A stretch of DNA of 64,000 nt from Octopus sinensis. Lineage: Eukaryota. Under the pieces are notes generated by a model that saw only the letters and a program-made list of their open reading frames with translations, was not told the DNA's origin and did not search any database. Made by a program: the position numbers and the translations under genes. How positions within the stretch are numbered: position 1 is the first letter of the stretch; each line of letters starts with the position of its first letter. Location of the stretch: positions 43,524,001-43,588,000 of the forward strand of contig NC_043014.1 in assembly GCF_006345805.1 (NCBI RefSeq), given 5' to 3'. Positions 1 to 12,979 of the stretch are shown here, piece by piece.

Positions 1-320
1 AGATTTTCTATGGCTCAATGCTCTTTGCATTGCCAATCCATTACCTGATTTCATGTAACATAATATTCTCCCCACACCCCATCTAGATATTCTTTTGTGG
101 AGGATGACAAACAAAATAGCACTACATGCATGATGGTGATTTTTTTTTTGTTTACAGTTCATGCATGATGTTGAAACAAAAGAAAGTGCACCCTTTCCTC
201 TCACACATATACACATGCACACCCATACAATGGGCTTTTCAATTTCTGCTTCCCAAATTCACTCACGAAGCTTTTGTTCGGCTCATTACGAAAGTAGAAG
301 ACAATTGCTCATGGTACTGA

Positions 321-740
321 AAGGCGGTGAGCTGGCAGAAACGTTAGCATGCTGGGCGAAATGCGTAGCCGTATTTTGTCTGCTGTTAAGTTCTGAGTTC
401 AAATTCCGCCGAGGTCGACTTTGCCTTTCATCCTTTTGGGGTCGATAAATTAAGTACCAGTTACGCAGTGGGGGTCGATGTAATCGACTTAATCCGTTTG
501 TCTGTCCTTGTTTATCCCCTCTGTGTTTAGCCCCTTGTGGGTAGTAAAGAAATAGGTATTTTGTCTGTCGTTACATTCTGAGTTCAAATTCCGCCCAGGT
601 CGACTTTGCCTTTCATCCTTTCAGGGTCGATAAATTAAGTACCAGTTACACACTGGGGTCGATGTAATCGACTTATTCCGTTTGTCTGTCCTTGTTTGTC
701 TCCTCTGTGTTTAGCCCCTTGTGGGCAGTAAAGAAATAGG
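321..740 (+). mobile_element. SINE group B, head plus 2 tandem ~184-bp units
   Basis: Head AAGGCGGTGAGCTGGCAGAAACGTTAG (A-box-like). The unit containing B-box GAGTTCAAATTCC and ending AAAGAAATAG occurs twice (from ~371 and ~556). GGTACTG on both flanks. Confidence 0.85.
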
Positions 741-2092
741 TACTGTGCTGTGGGCTTGAACACAAACACCACATGGTTTCAAAGTGAACTTCTTAGCATT
801 ACCAACTGTTTTTTTTTTTGTTTTATTGGAGTTGTGTTTCATTAAATTAATTTCTTTCTATTTTATCTGAAACCAAAGTGTATAGCATGTGTGTGTGTGT
901 GTGGCATTCATGTATGTAACAGCAACTTTCGAACTTGGAGTTCATTAACTCTGTGTCTCTTATGTCTAGCAACCCTTTGTCCTATTGTGATTTTCATTAT
1001 TAACATGGACAATACTGATTATGAAAATTAAGCCAATTAAAATAAATTACCAGATTCAAATAAGGTTGAATGTCATTGGTTTAATGTTTAAGGCTGAACT
1101 ATGTATAATAATTTTGAGCTATCAGTGAACTTTCTTATGTACGATAAAGAATTCTTAAAGATGTTATTGTGTTTGAACAGTCGGTCATTCAATAAACTTA
1201 TTGATGCAGAAGAAAGAATATAGAAGGACCTGTTTATAAATTTCATGCTTTGTTATTAATGTTAATATTAAGGTGGCGAGCTGGCAGGTTTGTTAGCGTG
1301 TCTGGTGAAATGCTTAGAAGCATTTTGTCTGTCTGCGCATTCTCAGTTCAAGTTCCACTGAGGCTGACTTTGCACATGATCCTCTCGGGTTTGATAAATT
1401 AAGTACCAGTGAAACACTGGGGGTCGATGTTAGTGATTCATCCCCTCCCGAAAAATGGCTGCCTTTGTGACAAAATTTGAGAACATTATTATTATTACTA
1501 AGAAGACAGGGAGCTGGCGGAACCGTTGGCATGTCCAAACAAGTAGGAATAGGTTTTTCGTTGCAAAAAACCTATTCCACTAGCCATATGCTTGTCTCAA
1601 AGCTTAAACCATGCAAGTGTATATTTGAGTTCTGGCAGAATTGTTTGCCTCCGTTTTATATTAGGTTTTTTTGCAAGGTGCCCTCACACCAAAGTTCTGT
1701 AGTGTATTTGTTTCAGTGTTTGTAGCTGCAAATTAATTTCAAGATCAACTGACTGGATTGTACCAGGAAAGGAACTTTAAGACTGAAAGTCATTTGCATT
1801 CATGCAAATATTTAAATTTATTAAATTTATCGAACCAGCTAACCTAGTCTAGCATGAAAAGACAGGTGTAAAAGAACTCAACATGTCTGTATATTTAAGT
1901 AGTAGAAGTAGTAGTTGTAGTAGTAGTACTGCTAGTAGTAGTTGCTGCTGTAGCAGTCATCAAGTATCTTTCAAGAATCCCATGGAAGAGATATAAATTA
2001 GAAGCAACCAGGCAAAAAAAAAAAGAAGAAATGGTTTAATCACTGCTTTAATTCAGACATCAGTGGTTTTATTTTATTTTGTATATTTTTTT

Positions 2093-2512
2093 GTCTTTTA
2101 TTTGTTCCAGTCATTTGACCGTGACCATGTTGGGGCACCTCCTTGATGAGTTTTAGTTGGGGAGATCGACCTCAGGACTTCTTTTTTTTTTTTAAACCGA
2201 GTACTTATTTTATCAGTTTCTTTTGTCAAACTGGGTAGTTACAGGGATGTAAATACACCAATATAATACAATATAATATAAATACACCAATACTGGTTGG
2301 CAAGTGGTGGTGGAGGATAAACACAGATACAAAAAGACACACACACACACATATACACATGCACACATGACAAGCTTCTCTTAGTTTCCATTTACCAAAT
2401 TCACTCACAAGGCTTTGTTCAGCCTGAGACTATAGTAGAAGACACTTGCCCAAGGTGCTACACAGTGGGACTCCACCCAGAACCATGTGGTTTGGAAGCA
2501 AGCTTCTTACCA
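2093..2512 (-). mobile_element. SINE group A (tRNA head, CORE-like CCTTGGGCAAGT, internal microsatellite), diverged copy
   Basis: Reverse complement aligns by eye to the group A copies at 44591 and 50362. Confidence 0.75.
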
Positions 2513-2618
2513 AATGACTAAGATTGCTTGTGTGATTTTGAAAGAATGAATTTCATATAAATGTGAGGTTGGTATCAAAAGGTTCAATAAAAAATAAAAA
2601 AAAGATTATATTTCCACT

Positions 2619-3011
2619 AGTGGCTGTGTGGTAAGTAGCTTGCTTTCCAACCACATGGTTCCGGGTTCAGTCCCACTGCGTGGCACCTTGGGCAAGTGTC
2701 TTCTACTATAGCCTCTGGCCGGCCAAAGCCTTGTGAGTGGATTTGGTAGACAGAAACTGAAAGAAGCCCGTCGTGTATATGTATGTATATGTTTGTGTGT
2801 CTGTGTTTGTCCCCCCAGCATCGCTTGACAACCGATGCTGATGTGTTTACGTCCCCGTAACTTAGCGGTTCGGCAAAAAAGGAAACCGATAGAATAAGTA
2901 CTAGGCTTACGAAGAATAAGTCCTGGGGTCGATTTGCTCGACTAAAGGTGGTGCTCCAGCATGGCCACAGTCAAATGACTTAAACAAGTAAACGAGTAAA
3001 GAGAAAAGAGT
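2619..3011 (+). mobile_element. SINE group A
   Basis: A box TGGCTGTGTGG, B box GGTTCAGTCCC, CCTTGGGCAAGT, internal (TA/TG)n, tail (AAAAGAGT)-like. Confidence 0.9.
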
Positions 3012-3540
3012 AGGTTTTTCTTTTCTTCTCCCCCAAAACCGTTTTTTTTTTTCAATTCCTGTACTTGAGAAAGATTGCATCATCAACAGTTGGAGATTCT
3101 CATAATGTCGGCTCCGGCAGTGGGGGAATTATATGTATTTGTTGGTGTCCGTATATCTCCAGGGAGTATTGTTGTCTCAATCAGGTTCTTAAAGCATGAG
3201 TGAACATGCTGAACGTCGGAAGGCTTTGTATGTCATATCGTCTGCACTGGTTGCCACTCTGTGTTGCATCACTAACAAAAGACAGTTTAATTCTTAACGG
3301 TTCAGTTCACCAAGCTATAAATAGCCAGCCACTGTATGACAAGGATGGCCAACAAGAGCACTTATATAATTAATTGTTCGCTATTTCAGTTGGTTGTTTC
3401 TGTTATGTAAATCCCCTGATAGATTTGTGGAAGATGCCAGGATATCATCCTAATATGTTTTCTCTTGAAACTTTGAATAGAATTAAAAGTTTTCTTTTCG
3501 TGTCAACCCACTGATTACTTACAGTTTACTGTACTGTGAT

Positions 3541-3899
3541 GGATGGAAGCACTCCATCGGTTACGACGACGAGGGTTCCGGTTGATCCGATCAACGGAAC
3601 AGCCTGCTCGTGAAATTAACGTGTAAGTGGCTGAGCACTCCACAGACACATGCACCCTTAACGTGGTTCTCGGGGATATTCAGCGTGACACAGAGAGTGA
3701 CAAGGCCGGCCCTTTGAAATACAGGTACAACAGAAACAGGAAGTAAGAGTGAGAGAAAGAGTACAGCAGGGATCACCACCATCCCCTGCCGGAGCCTCAT
3801 GGAGCTTTAGGTGTTTTCGCTCAATAAACACTCACAACGCCCGGTCTGGGAATCGAAACCGCGAGTCCGCTGCCCTAACCACTGGGCCATTGCGCCTCC
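3541..3899 (-). mobile_element. SINE group OR (head GGAGGCGCAATGGCCCAGTGG), tail type 1
   Basis: Reverse complement closely matches 40393-40781. ACTGTACTGT on both flanks (TSD-like). Confidence 0.9.
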
Positions 3900-4011
3900 A
3901 CTGTACTGTACTGTACTCAGTTGTTGACTCATTATTATTAAGGCGAATTGACAGAATTCTTACTGCTGTGAATGAAATTCTTAATGTCATTTTTTTTTTT
4001 CTGGCTCTTTA

Positions 4012-4440
4012 CATCATCATCATCATCATTTTCATTTAGCATCCGTTTTCCATGCTAGCATGGGTAGGACGGTTCAACTGGGGTCTGTGAAGCCGGAAGG
4101 CTGCATCAGGCCCAGTCACATCTGGCAGTGTTTCTACGGCTGGATGCCCTTCCTAACGCCAACCACTCCGTGAGTGTAGTGGGTGCTTTTTACATGCCAC
4201 CTGCACAGGTGCCAGACGGAGCTGGCAAACAGCCACGAACGGATGGCGCTTTTACGTGCCACCGGCACGGGGGCCAGGCGAGGCTGGCAGCGGATACGAG
4301 CGGATGGTGCTTTTACGTGCCACCGGCACGGGGGCCAGGCGAGGCTGGCAGCGGATACGAACGGACGGTGCTTTTACATGCCACCGGCACGGAGGCCAGA
4401 CGGGGCGGCGCCGGCAATGGCCACGATCAAATGGTTCGCT
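4012..4440 (-). mobile_element. RTE LINE 3' UTR fragment with ~61-bp internal tandem units and (GAT)n tail
   Basis: CATCAT tail followed by GCATCCGTTTTCCATGCTAGCATGGG. About four GCCACC...CTTTTACRT units at 4197-4420. Confidence 0.8.
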
Positions 4441-4598
4441 TATTCAAATTCTGTCATGGTGAACTTTGCCTTTCATCCTTTTGGGGTTGACGACGTAAGT
4501 ACCAGTTGTGCTCTGTGGTTGTTATAAACGATGTTCCCTTCACCCAAAAGCTTCACTCCTTGTCGATTGATGATTATGAAGATGATGATAATGATGAT

Positions 4599-4708
4599 CA
4601 TCATCATTTAACGTCCGCTTTACATGCTAGCATGGGTTGGACGATTTGACTGAGGACTGGTTAACCTGATGGCTGCACCAGGCTCCAATCTGATCTGGCA
4701 GAGTTTCC
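4599..4708 (-). mobile_element. Short RTE LINE 3' end, 5'-truncated
   Basis: Same terminal sequence as the other RTE 3' ends, ending abruptly at ~4708. Confidence 0.75.
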
Positions 4709-4873
4709 TTTCCCTTCAAAATTGTTGACCCTGTACAAAAATTTAGAAAGAATTGTTTAAATAGTATGGTTGCTCTTTCTGGCTGACTGTTTATTTAAAC
4801 TTGCAAACCGATCTGGCTAATGATGGCATAAATATATGGATTGAAAAAAATGTAAAAATAGAAAGAAAATTGT

Positions 4874-5303
4874 GGATGTTTTCGGTTTGAACGGCAGTTT
4901 TTAACATAATTTCTATGTAACTAAAAAATTTTAAATTTTAAATTTTAAAACTGGTAGAATGTGTTTATAAAACAGCTTTTTCTCTTGGCTTTCAGAAAAT
5001 TCTATAGTTAGTAAGATAGTTTTTTTTTTCTTCAATTTCTGCAATTTCAACCAATCAATGACGTCCATTGAGGTAAAAAACATTCTGTGCCGTATATGAA
5101 TATGTCCCTCGTTTAAGAAACAGATTGGGTTTATTTACATTTGTGAAGAAAAGAAAGATACCCTTCCCCCCACCCCTAACCCTAACGAACCTAACTAACC
5201 CTAACCTTAAAACAGATTGAAATGCAATAGATCAATAATAATTATGGGTGACAATTTCATATGACACCGCTAGAAAAAACTGCCGTTCAAACCGAAAAGA
5301 TCC
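4874..5303. mobile_element. MITE with ~29-bp GG-initiated TIRs and 8-bp TSD (Merlin/MULE-like)
   Basis: GGATGTTTTCGGTTTGAACGGCAGTTTTT ... AAAAACTGCCGTTCAAACCGAAAAGATCC. TSD AAAATTGT at 4866-4873 and 5304-5311. Confidence 0.85.
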
Positions 5304-6149
5304 AAAATTGTTATAACATTCGAAGAATTTAAACAATTAAAAGTCATTTTGGTAACGAGGCTGGTCTTGTTATGTAAAGTAGTGCAATCAGTTATGTTCA
5401 AACACACATTACTTGGAGACAGCCACTTAAATGTGTAAGAGCAATCAGTTAGAATTCTTTTCCGTGAGTTTAGTGTTCTTGGTTGTATGTGATTCTTATT
5501 CTGAGAATTTTGAATGAGATTCTAAGCTGTTACACAGAAGTTGCGTAATTTGACTGATTACAAAGAATTTCCCCTCTGTTTTTCAGTTTTTCTTGTTTGT
5601 GACGATATTCACTGCATGAAGGATTACATTTGCCATAATAACAATAAATTAAATTAAAGATAAATTTTAAAGTTGGTGGCATCTGCCAAATTTCAAATGA
5701 AAAATATTTGTTTTTACCCCCGAAAAAAAAAAACCCCTGAAAATGAAACAAAAATAAGTTTTCTTTTAATAATATCAAACTTGGATTGTCACTAAGTGAT
5801 TTTTGTTTCTGGTTTGGAAATATTACTTCTGGTGGCCTTTTTGTTCTTTCACACATTTGTCACATTAGATTGGTTGAGACTGTCTTGGCGTTGGTCTGTT
5901 TCGTTAATTAATGTCGTAGGTGGACAGTAACAATTGTAATTAAATCTCAACTGTTCACCATGACCTGATCACATGATGGAATGTTAACAACTATTTTGGG
6001 GAAAATATTGGAATTTCTGAGGATTGTTAGCTGATCCTTATACACCGACAAATTGTTACAAACCTGGGTTTCAGTCCCACCATGTCATACCTTGGTCTTA
6101 CCATATTCTGCTTTAGTCACAGGTTGACCAAAGCATTGTGATTGGATTT

Positions 6150-6775
6150 AATAATAGTAATATAATAATGAAATTATTGTATATAGTGTTCAGGTACACC
6201 ACAACTTGTCATGAGTGTGTATAAAGCATATGCAATAATGTACAAATGTCTGGGAAGTGAACAGTGTATGAGTCAGATACATGCTTGTGTGTGTATGGAG
6301 GGGAGAAAATCAGGTGTGGTGTTGGCGAATCTCAGGAAGCATGGAAGTTTTGAAGGATGCAGTGCTCCGACAACTAACAACTGATGCCAGCAGTCTGTTC
6401 CATACTTCAGCAACTCTTAGCATCAAAAAAATGTTTTCGAAAGTCATGGGAGCTGTGCTGTTTTCTGACTTTGTAAACATGTCCACGGGTGTTAGACAGA
6501 TGGAGTTTGAAAAAGTGCTCTGAGTTATTGTTTGTAAGATGGTTAATAATTTTATGGGTGTCTGGCAATTCAGCTGCCAGACGTCGGAGTTTCAATGTAT
6601 CCATGCCCAGGGGAAGTAAGGCGTTCAGAATATGGCAAATGCCTGATGGAGGGTATTCTCTTGGTTGCACGTCACTGAACGGCTTCCAGACGATTAATAT
6701 CCTGGGCAAGATAGAGGTTCCAGACCGGTGATGCAAATTCCAGGTGAGGTCGCATCATAGCTATATAAAGCCACA
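6150..6775 (-). pseudogene. CR1-clade LINE ORF2 C-terminus and 3' UTR, frameshifted
   Basis: Translates MMRPHLEFASPVW, LKLRRLAAEL and NTRGHVYKVRKQHSSHDFRKHFF, then RVAEVWNRL after a frameshift. These match CR1 RT C-terminal motifs (RPHLEY, TRGH, FF..RV..WN.LP). (TTA)n-like tail at ~6150. Confidence 0.85.
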
Positions 6776-7949
6776 GATAGATGGAAACTGAAAGAAGCCC
6801 ATTGCATATATGTATGTGGTTGTAAGTGAGCATCTTCATCACCATCATCATCATCATGATGCAAGGTTGCTCATTTCCAGTCTTCCATATCTAGCTATGG
6901 GAAGATATTACCTTGCTTGGAAATAGGCATGAGGGGTGGGTGATAGGAAGCACAGTAGAAGACACTTACCCAACGTACCATGCAGTGGGATTGAACCTAT
7001 GACGACATAGTTGAGAAACAAGCACCTATGCTCGTTAATCTGTTAACCTAATTACATGGTTTCCCAATCTACTAAACATCCCAATCAGCTCTTCAAATCA
7101 CACTTCCTCTGGCTAATTATGCTATCACTTCAAATCTCACTGAGGCCAACTCTTCCTTTAACCCTTTCGGGGCCGATGAAATAAGGTACCAATTAATTAC
7201 TGGGGTCAGTGTAATGAACTTGTCCCGTCCCTTCATAATTGTTGACCCTGTACAAAAATTTAGAAAGAATTGTTTAAATAGTATGGTTGCTCTTTCTGGC
7301 TGACTGTCTAAGAGGACGTTTGATGATAAGGTAGCTCTAGATGTCTTTCATCTGATGGGATGATCACGGCTGGGATGCTTCCATTGGTGACACGGGCCAT
7401 TTTAATGTACGGCAATCAATTAATTTTCCTTTTGGAAGCCAAATTATGCCGCCATTCCATACCTGTTTATTGTAACACCTGCAGGTGTGCTACTTATACC
7501 TGTTCTAATTGCCATGACCCCTGAGTAATAAAATGCCGATTTTACAGTATTTAAAATTTTGGTTTCTCACAGTTTTAGTGCAGATATTATCTGTGAAGTC
7601 AGTTTAAAGTTTCATCCATCAAAGCCCTGTGAATTAATGTTTAATGCGTTGTTTTTGCCAATACATCTGTTTCGTATTTTTATTTTTCTTATTTATAGAT
7701 TGTCCTTTTTCCTCACAAGGAAATCATTATTTAGCAATAAAACCTATTTCTGCCTTCTATTACATCGCTAATTTAAGGCTATTCTGTAACAGCAGCAGCA
7801 GTAGTTATAATAGTGGTATGGTGATAGTGGTGTTGGTGGTGGTGGTATCTGATGGAGCAGGATGATTTCTTGCCAGTGAAGTCTTTACTGTATGTTAATC
7901 ATTTGTACTGTGCATGAATTTTTATGGCAATATTCAATTTTGTTGAGAG

Positions 7950-7981
7950 ATACCATGTATGTGTATATGAGAGAGAGAGAG

Positions 7982-8012
<31 letters not shown>

Positions 8013-8460
8013 GAGAGAGAAAGAGACTGTATGAGAAAGCTTGAGAGAAAAAGAGAGACAGATAGACAGACAATATATGAGAAAGACAGAGAGAGAGAGA
8101 GAAAGAGACAGACAAACAATGTATGAGAAAGCTTGAGAGAAAAAGAGAGAGACAGATAGACAGAATATATATGTGAGAGAGAGAGAGAGAGAGACAGAAA
8201 GAGAGAGACAATGTAAGAGAGAGAGAGAGAGAAAGACTATGAGAAAGCTTGAGAGAAAAAGAGAGACAGATTGACAGACAATATATGAGAAAGAGAGAGA
8301 GAGAGAGAATGTAAGAGTGAGAGAGAGAGAGACAATGTAAGAGAGAGAGAGAGAAAGAGACAGACAGACAATATATAAGAAAGACAGAGAGAAAAAGAAA
8401 GAGACAGATAGACAGACAATATATGAGAAAGACAGAGAGAGAGAGAGAGAGAGAGAGATA
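7950..8460. repeat. Compound GA/GATA/GACA microsatellite with recurring GAGAAAGCTTGAGAGAAAAAGAGAGACAGAT module
   Basis: Purine-rich tract. The module recurs at ~8030, ~8125 and ~8240. Confidence 0.9.
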
Positions 8461-8800
8461 CTATTGCAGGCTTGTTGGTTGGAATAGGCTAACCACCTTA
8501 TATTTATGCGAGACAAACTTTAATCCTCTTCCTCCTCCCCCTCCTCCTCCTCTCCCTTTTCTCTTCCCTATCTTATCTAATATATTGCTAATAATGCCCC
8601 CCCTCTTTCCGCCCCCCCCCCCCCACCAAACTCTCTGACAGTAATATTTTCCTTCAGTCAGTCTCAAAACCGTTTTCCTCCTCCTCCTCCCATTTCTACT
8701 GCCACCTGTTTCTCCAGCAACCAATTTCTCATGTTTATTCATCCCCGGCTATTATCCGAATCCATCTTCTTTTTCAGTTGCTTACATAAGTTTGGTTTGT

Positions 8801-8837
<37 letters not shown>

Positions 8838-10038
8838 GTGTATGCACACGTGCTCGTGCGTTTGCGTGTCCTTGTGCTCATGCGTACACGTGTGTGTGTG
8901 TAACAAAGCTTGGTATCATTAATGCTGTAGATAATTGTATGTTTTGTATAATGTTATCTGAACTGCAATTTCAACCTAAATCTTTTATAATAATCTTTTA
9001 TCTAATAATCCATCCTCATTTTCCCTTTTTCGCTATCATATTTATTCATTACTGTATATCCATTAGATTTCGCTGAGTTATTCTGTATCTCTTCAATTAA
9101 GGGTTGGGAAAAGACCAAAAAAGAAAAGGGGGAGAAAGGATGGGAGGAAGAGAAAAAAAATCTGTATATGTATATATGTGCATATATACATATAAAAATA
9201 TATAAAAATAGAGGCTGGTAATTGAAAAAGACAAAACAAAAACGAGAGAAAAGAATGATAATTTAATTATTTCATGCAACATCTAAACCCAAATTGTTTT
9301 TAGTATTTACTAGTCTACATCCATCTATCCATCCTTCCATCAACCCGTTTTTATTCGTGTTGCCATGGTGAGATTGGTTAGTGCAATATTTAGACATTGC
9401 CATACTGTCAGAACAAAATCATCTATAGTTGCTCCGTTCTCTCTCTCTCTCTCTTTCTCATCTTATTGTCAACCACCTCGCAGTGAAAATAGGAGTGGAA
9501 TAGATGTTACCAGCTAGGTTGACTAACTGATGTAATGCAGGTGCAAGGAAAATCCTTTTATTTGATGCCAGGAGTGAATTGCAAGTGTATAAGAACCAGT
9601 TTGGGTGTTTCGGTTTTCGAGTAAAACAAAAATAATAATTGCAGCGTGGAAGGTGTTTGTAAGCCATTTAAGAAACACACCTTCCGCGCTGCAGTTGTTT
9701 TCGTTTCAGCACACGATCTCAGATCAAATCACTTGCTATGCAGGTACATCTCCGTAAAAATAATAATGAATTTAATTTTATAAACTCATAGGTAGTGACT
9801 GTGTGGTAAGAAGCTTGCTTCCCAACCACATGGTTCCGGGTTCAGTCACATAGCATGGCACCTTGGACAAGTGTCTTCTACTATAGCCTCTGACTGACCA
9901 GAGCCTTGCGAGTGGATTTGGTTGCCAAAAATTGCTATATATATAATAATAATATCATTAGGGAATATTATTCCAAACTTACAGGGAAAAATTCATCTTT
10001 GTAATACTAAATCGAATTTCACAATATATAATATATGT

Positions 10039-10319
10039 ATATAAATTAGAGAATAACCACCTTTTAGCAATTAAACAATGAAATAACAATGATATAATTA
10101 AATTATACCATATAGAAAAAAATTAATTATTGGTATATGTTTTATCAAAAATAAATAATTATATATTTAAAATAAATAAATAAAATAAATAACAAAAATA
10201 CTTAATTATTGGTATATGTTTTATTGTATATTTAATTTTTTTTCTATATGGTATAATTTAATTATATCATTTTATTTCATTGTTGAATTACTAAAAGGTG
10301 GTTCTTCTCTAATTTATAT
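10039..10319. mobile_element. AT-rich foldback element with ~85-bp inverted termini
   Basis: ATAAATTAGAGAATAACCACCTTTTAG...TATAGAAAAAAATTAA (10039-10126) is mirrored by 10232-10319. A related left end occurs at ~60090. Confidence 0.75.
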
Positions 10320-10804
10320 GTGTGTGTGTGTTTACATTCCTGTAACTTAGCGGTTCAGAAAACATACAGGTATATGAAGGATGGCCGTTTGGATATGATG
10401 TTTGCTTCACTAGCATGAGATTTTGGATTCTATCCTCCTGTGTGGTACCTTGGGCAAGGGTGCCACCATAAAAGATTCGAAACAACAGGTACCACTTGTA
10501 TGACAGTAATGCTTGTCTACAAGTATCACACAATAACAATAAGGGCTTCTTTCAGTTTCCAGTTTCCGTCTACGAAATCCACTCACTAAATTTTGATCGG
10601 CCTGAGCCTGTAGTAGGAGATACTTGCCTAAGGTACCACGCCATGGAATTGAACCCCAAACTGTATGGCTTGGAAGCAAGCCTTCTAACCACAGAGGGTT
10701 CTCTGTTCCTTACAAATGAATAACAATATCATGACAAAGGTGATTATGTTGATTAGGTGATTGTTGGGACTCATGGCGGGTTAATGATATATGAACAGTA
10801 TTAA

Positions 10805-11546
10805 CCCTTTAGCATTCAAACCGGTCATATCTGGCCAAAATATTTAACCTGTTTTATATTGAGACTGACCAGATCTGGCTTCTCACCTCAGCCCTACCAT
10901 GTCATTCTAAAACTAAAAAAACCACATCACTGCAATCTCTAAACTACAAGATAATGCATGATTAATTCAAAACAATATAAAGCCAGCCTCGCCTGGCCCC
11001 CGTGCCGGTGACACGTAAAAGCACCATCCGTTTCGTGGCCGTTTGCCAGCTCTGTCTGGCCCCCGTGTTGGTGGCATGTAAAAGCACCATCCGTTCGTGT
11101 CCGTTGCCAGCCTCGCCTGGCCCCCGTGCCGGTGACACGTAAAAGCACCATCCGTTCATGGCCGTTTGCCAGCTCTGTCTGGCCCCCGTGTTGGTGGCAC
11201 GTAAAAGCACCATCCGTTCGTGTCCGTTGCCAGCCTGGCCTGGCCCCCGTGCTGGTGACATGTAAAAGCACCATCCGTTCATGGCCGTTTGCCAGCTCTG
11301 TCTGGCACCTGTGCGGGTGGCACGTAAAAAGCACCCACTACACTCACGGAGTGGTTGGCGTTAGGAAGGGCATCCAGCCGTAGAAACACTGCCAGATCTG
11401 ACTGGGCCTGATGAAGCCTTCCAGCTTCACAGACCCCAGTTGAACCGTCCAACCCATGCTAGCATGGGAAACGGACGCTAAATGATGATGATGATGATGA
11501 TGATGATAAACATCTCATTTGACAGAATAATCTGAACATTAAAGAG
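10805..11546. mobile_element. piggyBac-type MITE interrupted by an RTE 3' fragment
   Basis: TTAA|CCCTTT start and AAAGAG|TTAA end. The body matches the 49907-50127 family. Confidence 0.75.
10982..11507 (+). mobile_element. RTE LINE 3' UTR fragment with alternating A/B ~61-bp units
   Basis: Six GCCAGC...GTAAAAGCACC units followed by the conserved terminus and (GAT)n tail. Confidence 0.85.
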
Positions 11547-11950
11547 TTAAAGGATATTATAATAAATACTTTGTATTGTATAGCTCTCTCTCTGTGTCAC
11601 TCTGTGTCTATCACACACACACACAGACAATCAGACACACTGTTGCCGAATGCCAACCGTTGAGTTTTCATTACCTTATTTGTCTTTTTGTAGTTGGCAT
11701 TATTTCTTTGGTTAGCTTCTGGAATTACAATAATCTTCTTTAGGAATTCTCTTTTATTTAATTATCTGTTGGTTGATCCATAATCATACAGTCCCGGCAT
11801 TTGACCTTCTGACATTCTGACCCTCAAGACCCTTCTCTTGCCGTTTTAAATATTCCAAATACAATGCTTCTGAAAGCGTCTACAGTTTGCTTGAAGCATT
11901 GTGACTTCAATTTAAAGAAAGAATTAATCACCTTTGATTATGATATAGAT

Positions 11951-12151
11951 CAGTGGTTTTCAACCAGGGTTCCGCCAGTACAGTCCAGGGGTTCCACAAG
12001 AAGTTACAAAACTGCTAAAATCGGCAGTAATTTTTAATTCTCCTGTGCAGATATGTGTGCAAAAGACTATTAAATTATTGCACATGGGTTCCTCGAGCTA
12101 GTGGAATGTTTCCTTGGGGTTCCACTCCAACAAAAAGTTTGAAAAGCACTG
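11951..12151. mobile_element. hAT-superfamily MITE (201 bp)
   Basis: Termini CAGTGGTTTTCAACC / GTTTGAAAAGCACTG. Perfect 8-bp TSD ATATAGAT at 11943-11950 and 12152-12159. Confidence 0.9.
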
Positions 12152-12979
12152 ATATAGATAATTAAATAACGTCTTGGTCAGGAATATAAGGTTCATTTTT
12201 TTCTTGTCTCTCCTCCCCTATTTCTCAAGGAAACTACAAGAAAGGTGAAGCCCAATTCTACTGTTTTCTGCAAAATTGTTTATTTGTTTTTTTACTTGTT
12301 TCAGTCATTGGAACGTAGCCATTCTGGGGCACCACCTTGAAATATTCCATTCAACCAAATGGTTCCCTGTACTTCTTTTTTTTTTTTTTGAAGTCTTGTA
12401 CTTATTTGATTGGTCTTCTGCCACACTGCTAAGTGACAGGGATGTAAACAAACCAATATCAGTTGTCAAGTGGTGGGAGGGTACACACATAAATGTAACT
12501 GGCTTCCATCCAGTTTTTGTTTACCAAATTCACTCACCTGGCATTGATTACCCCTTGTTTATAATAAAAGAAAAAAACAACCTACTTGCCCAAAGTGCCA
12601 CATGGTGGGATTGAAACTTCAACCACATGGTTGCAAAGCAAGCTTTTTAATCACACAACTATGCTTGCACCTTATTAAGCCATGGAAACCAATTTATTTT
12701 TCTTTTCATTTTATTTATTATTGATTAGCTCACGACTCCTGTGTGGTATTGAAAGGCAGGTAGGATCCAGCTGTGAATCTAACCCTTCTCAGGTTTCCTT
12801 ATATATTTCTTACTGGTTTTTGGCACCACCAGAGTGCTTGCATAAGTCAGATGAGAGAGTGGGGAGGGGGGGAAGAGTTTTCTACAGTTTAGATGATCTT
12901 ACTGTCTTCGGCTCCCACCTGTTTTCTCGTTAGATAATAATCTCCTAGACTGTCAAACAACAAACAACCTACGACGTGC

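Noticed and set aside
2619-2690. tRNA genes at SINE heads (also 40393-40465 and 321-420)
   Set aside because: A and B boxes are present, but I could not fold a full cloverleaf and each head continues into a SINE body.
3431-3455. Minus-strand Y*DDILASS resembling a Ty3/Gypsy YxDD motif
   Set aside because: An isolated match with a stop codon; I could not find convincing flanking RT motifs.
10939-11334. Repetitive-peptide ORFs in the GC-rich 61-bp units (also 4128-4527 and 20822-21190)
   Set aside because: Open in several frames and on both strands because of composition; they lie in a LINE 3' UTR.
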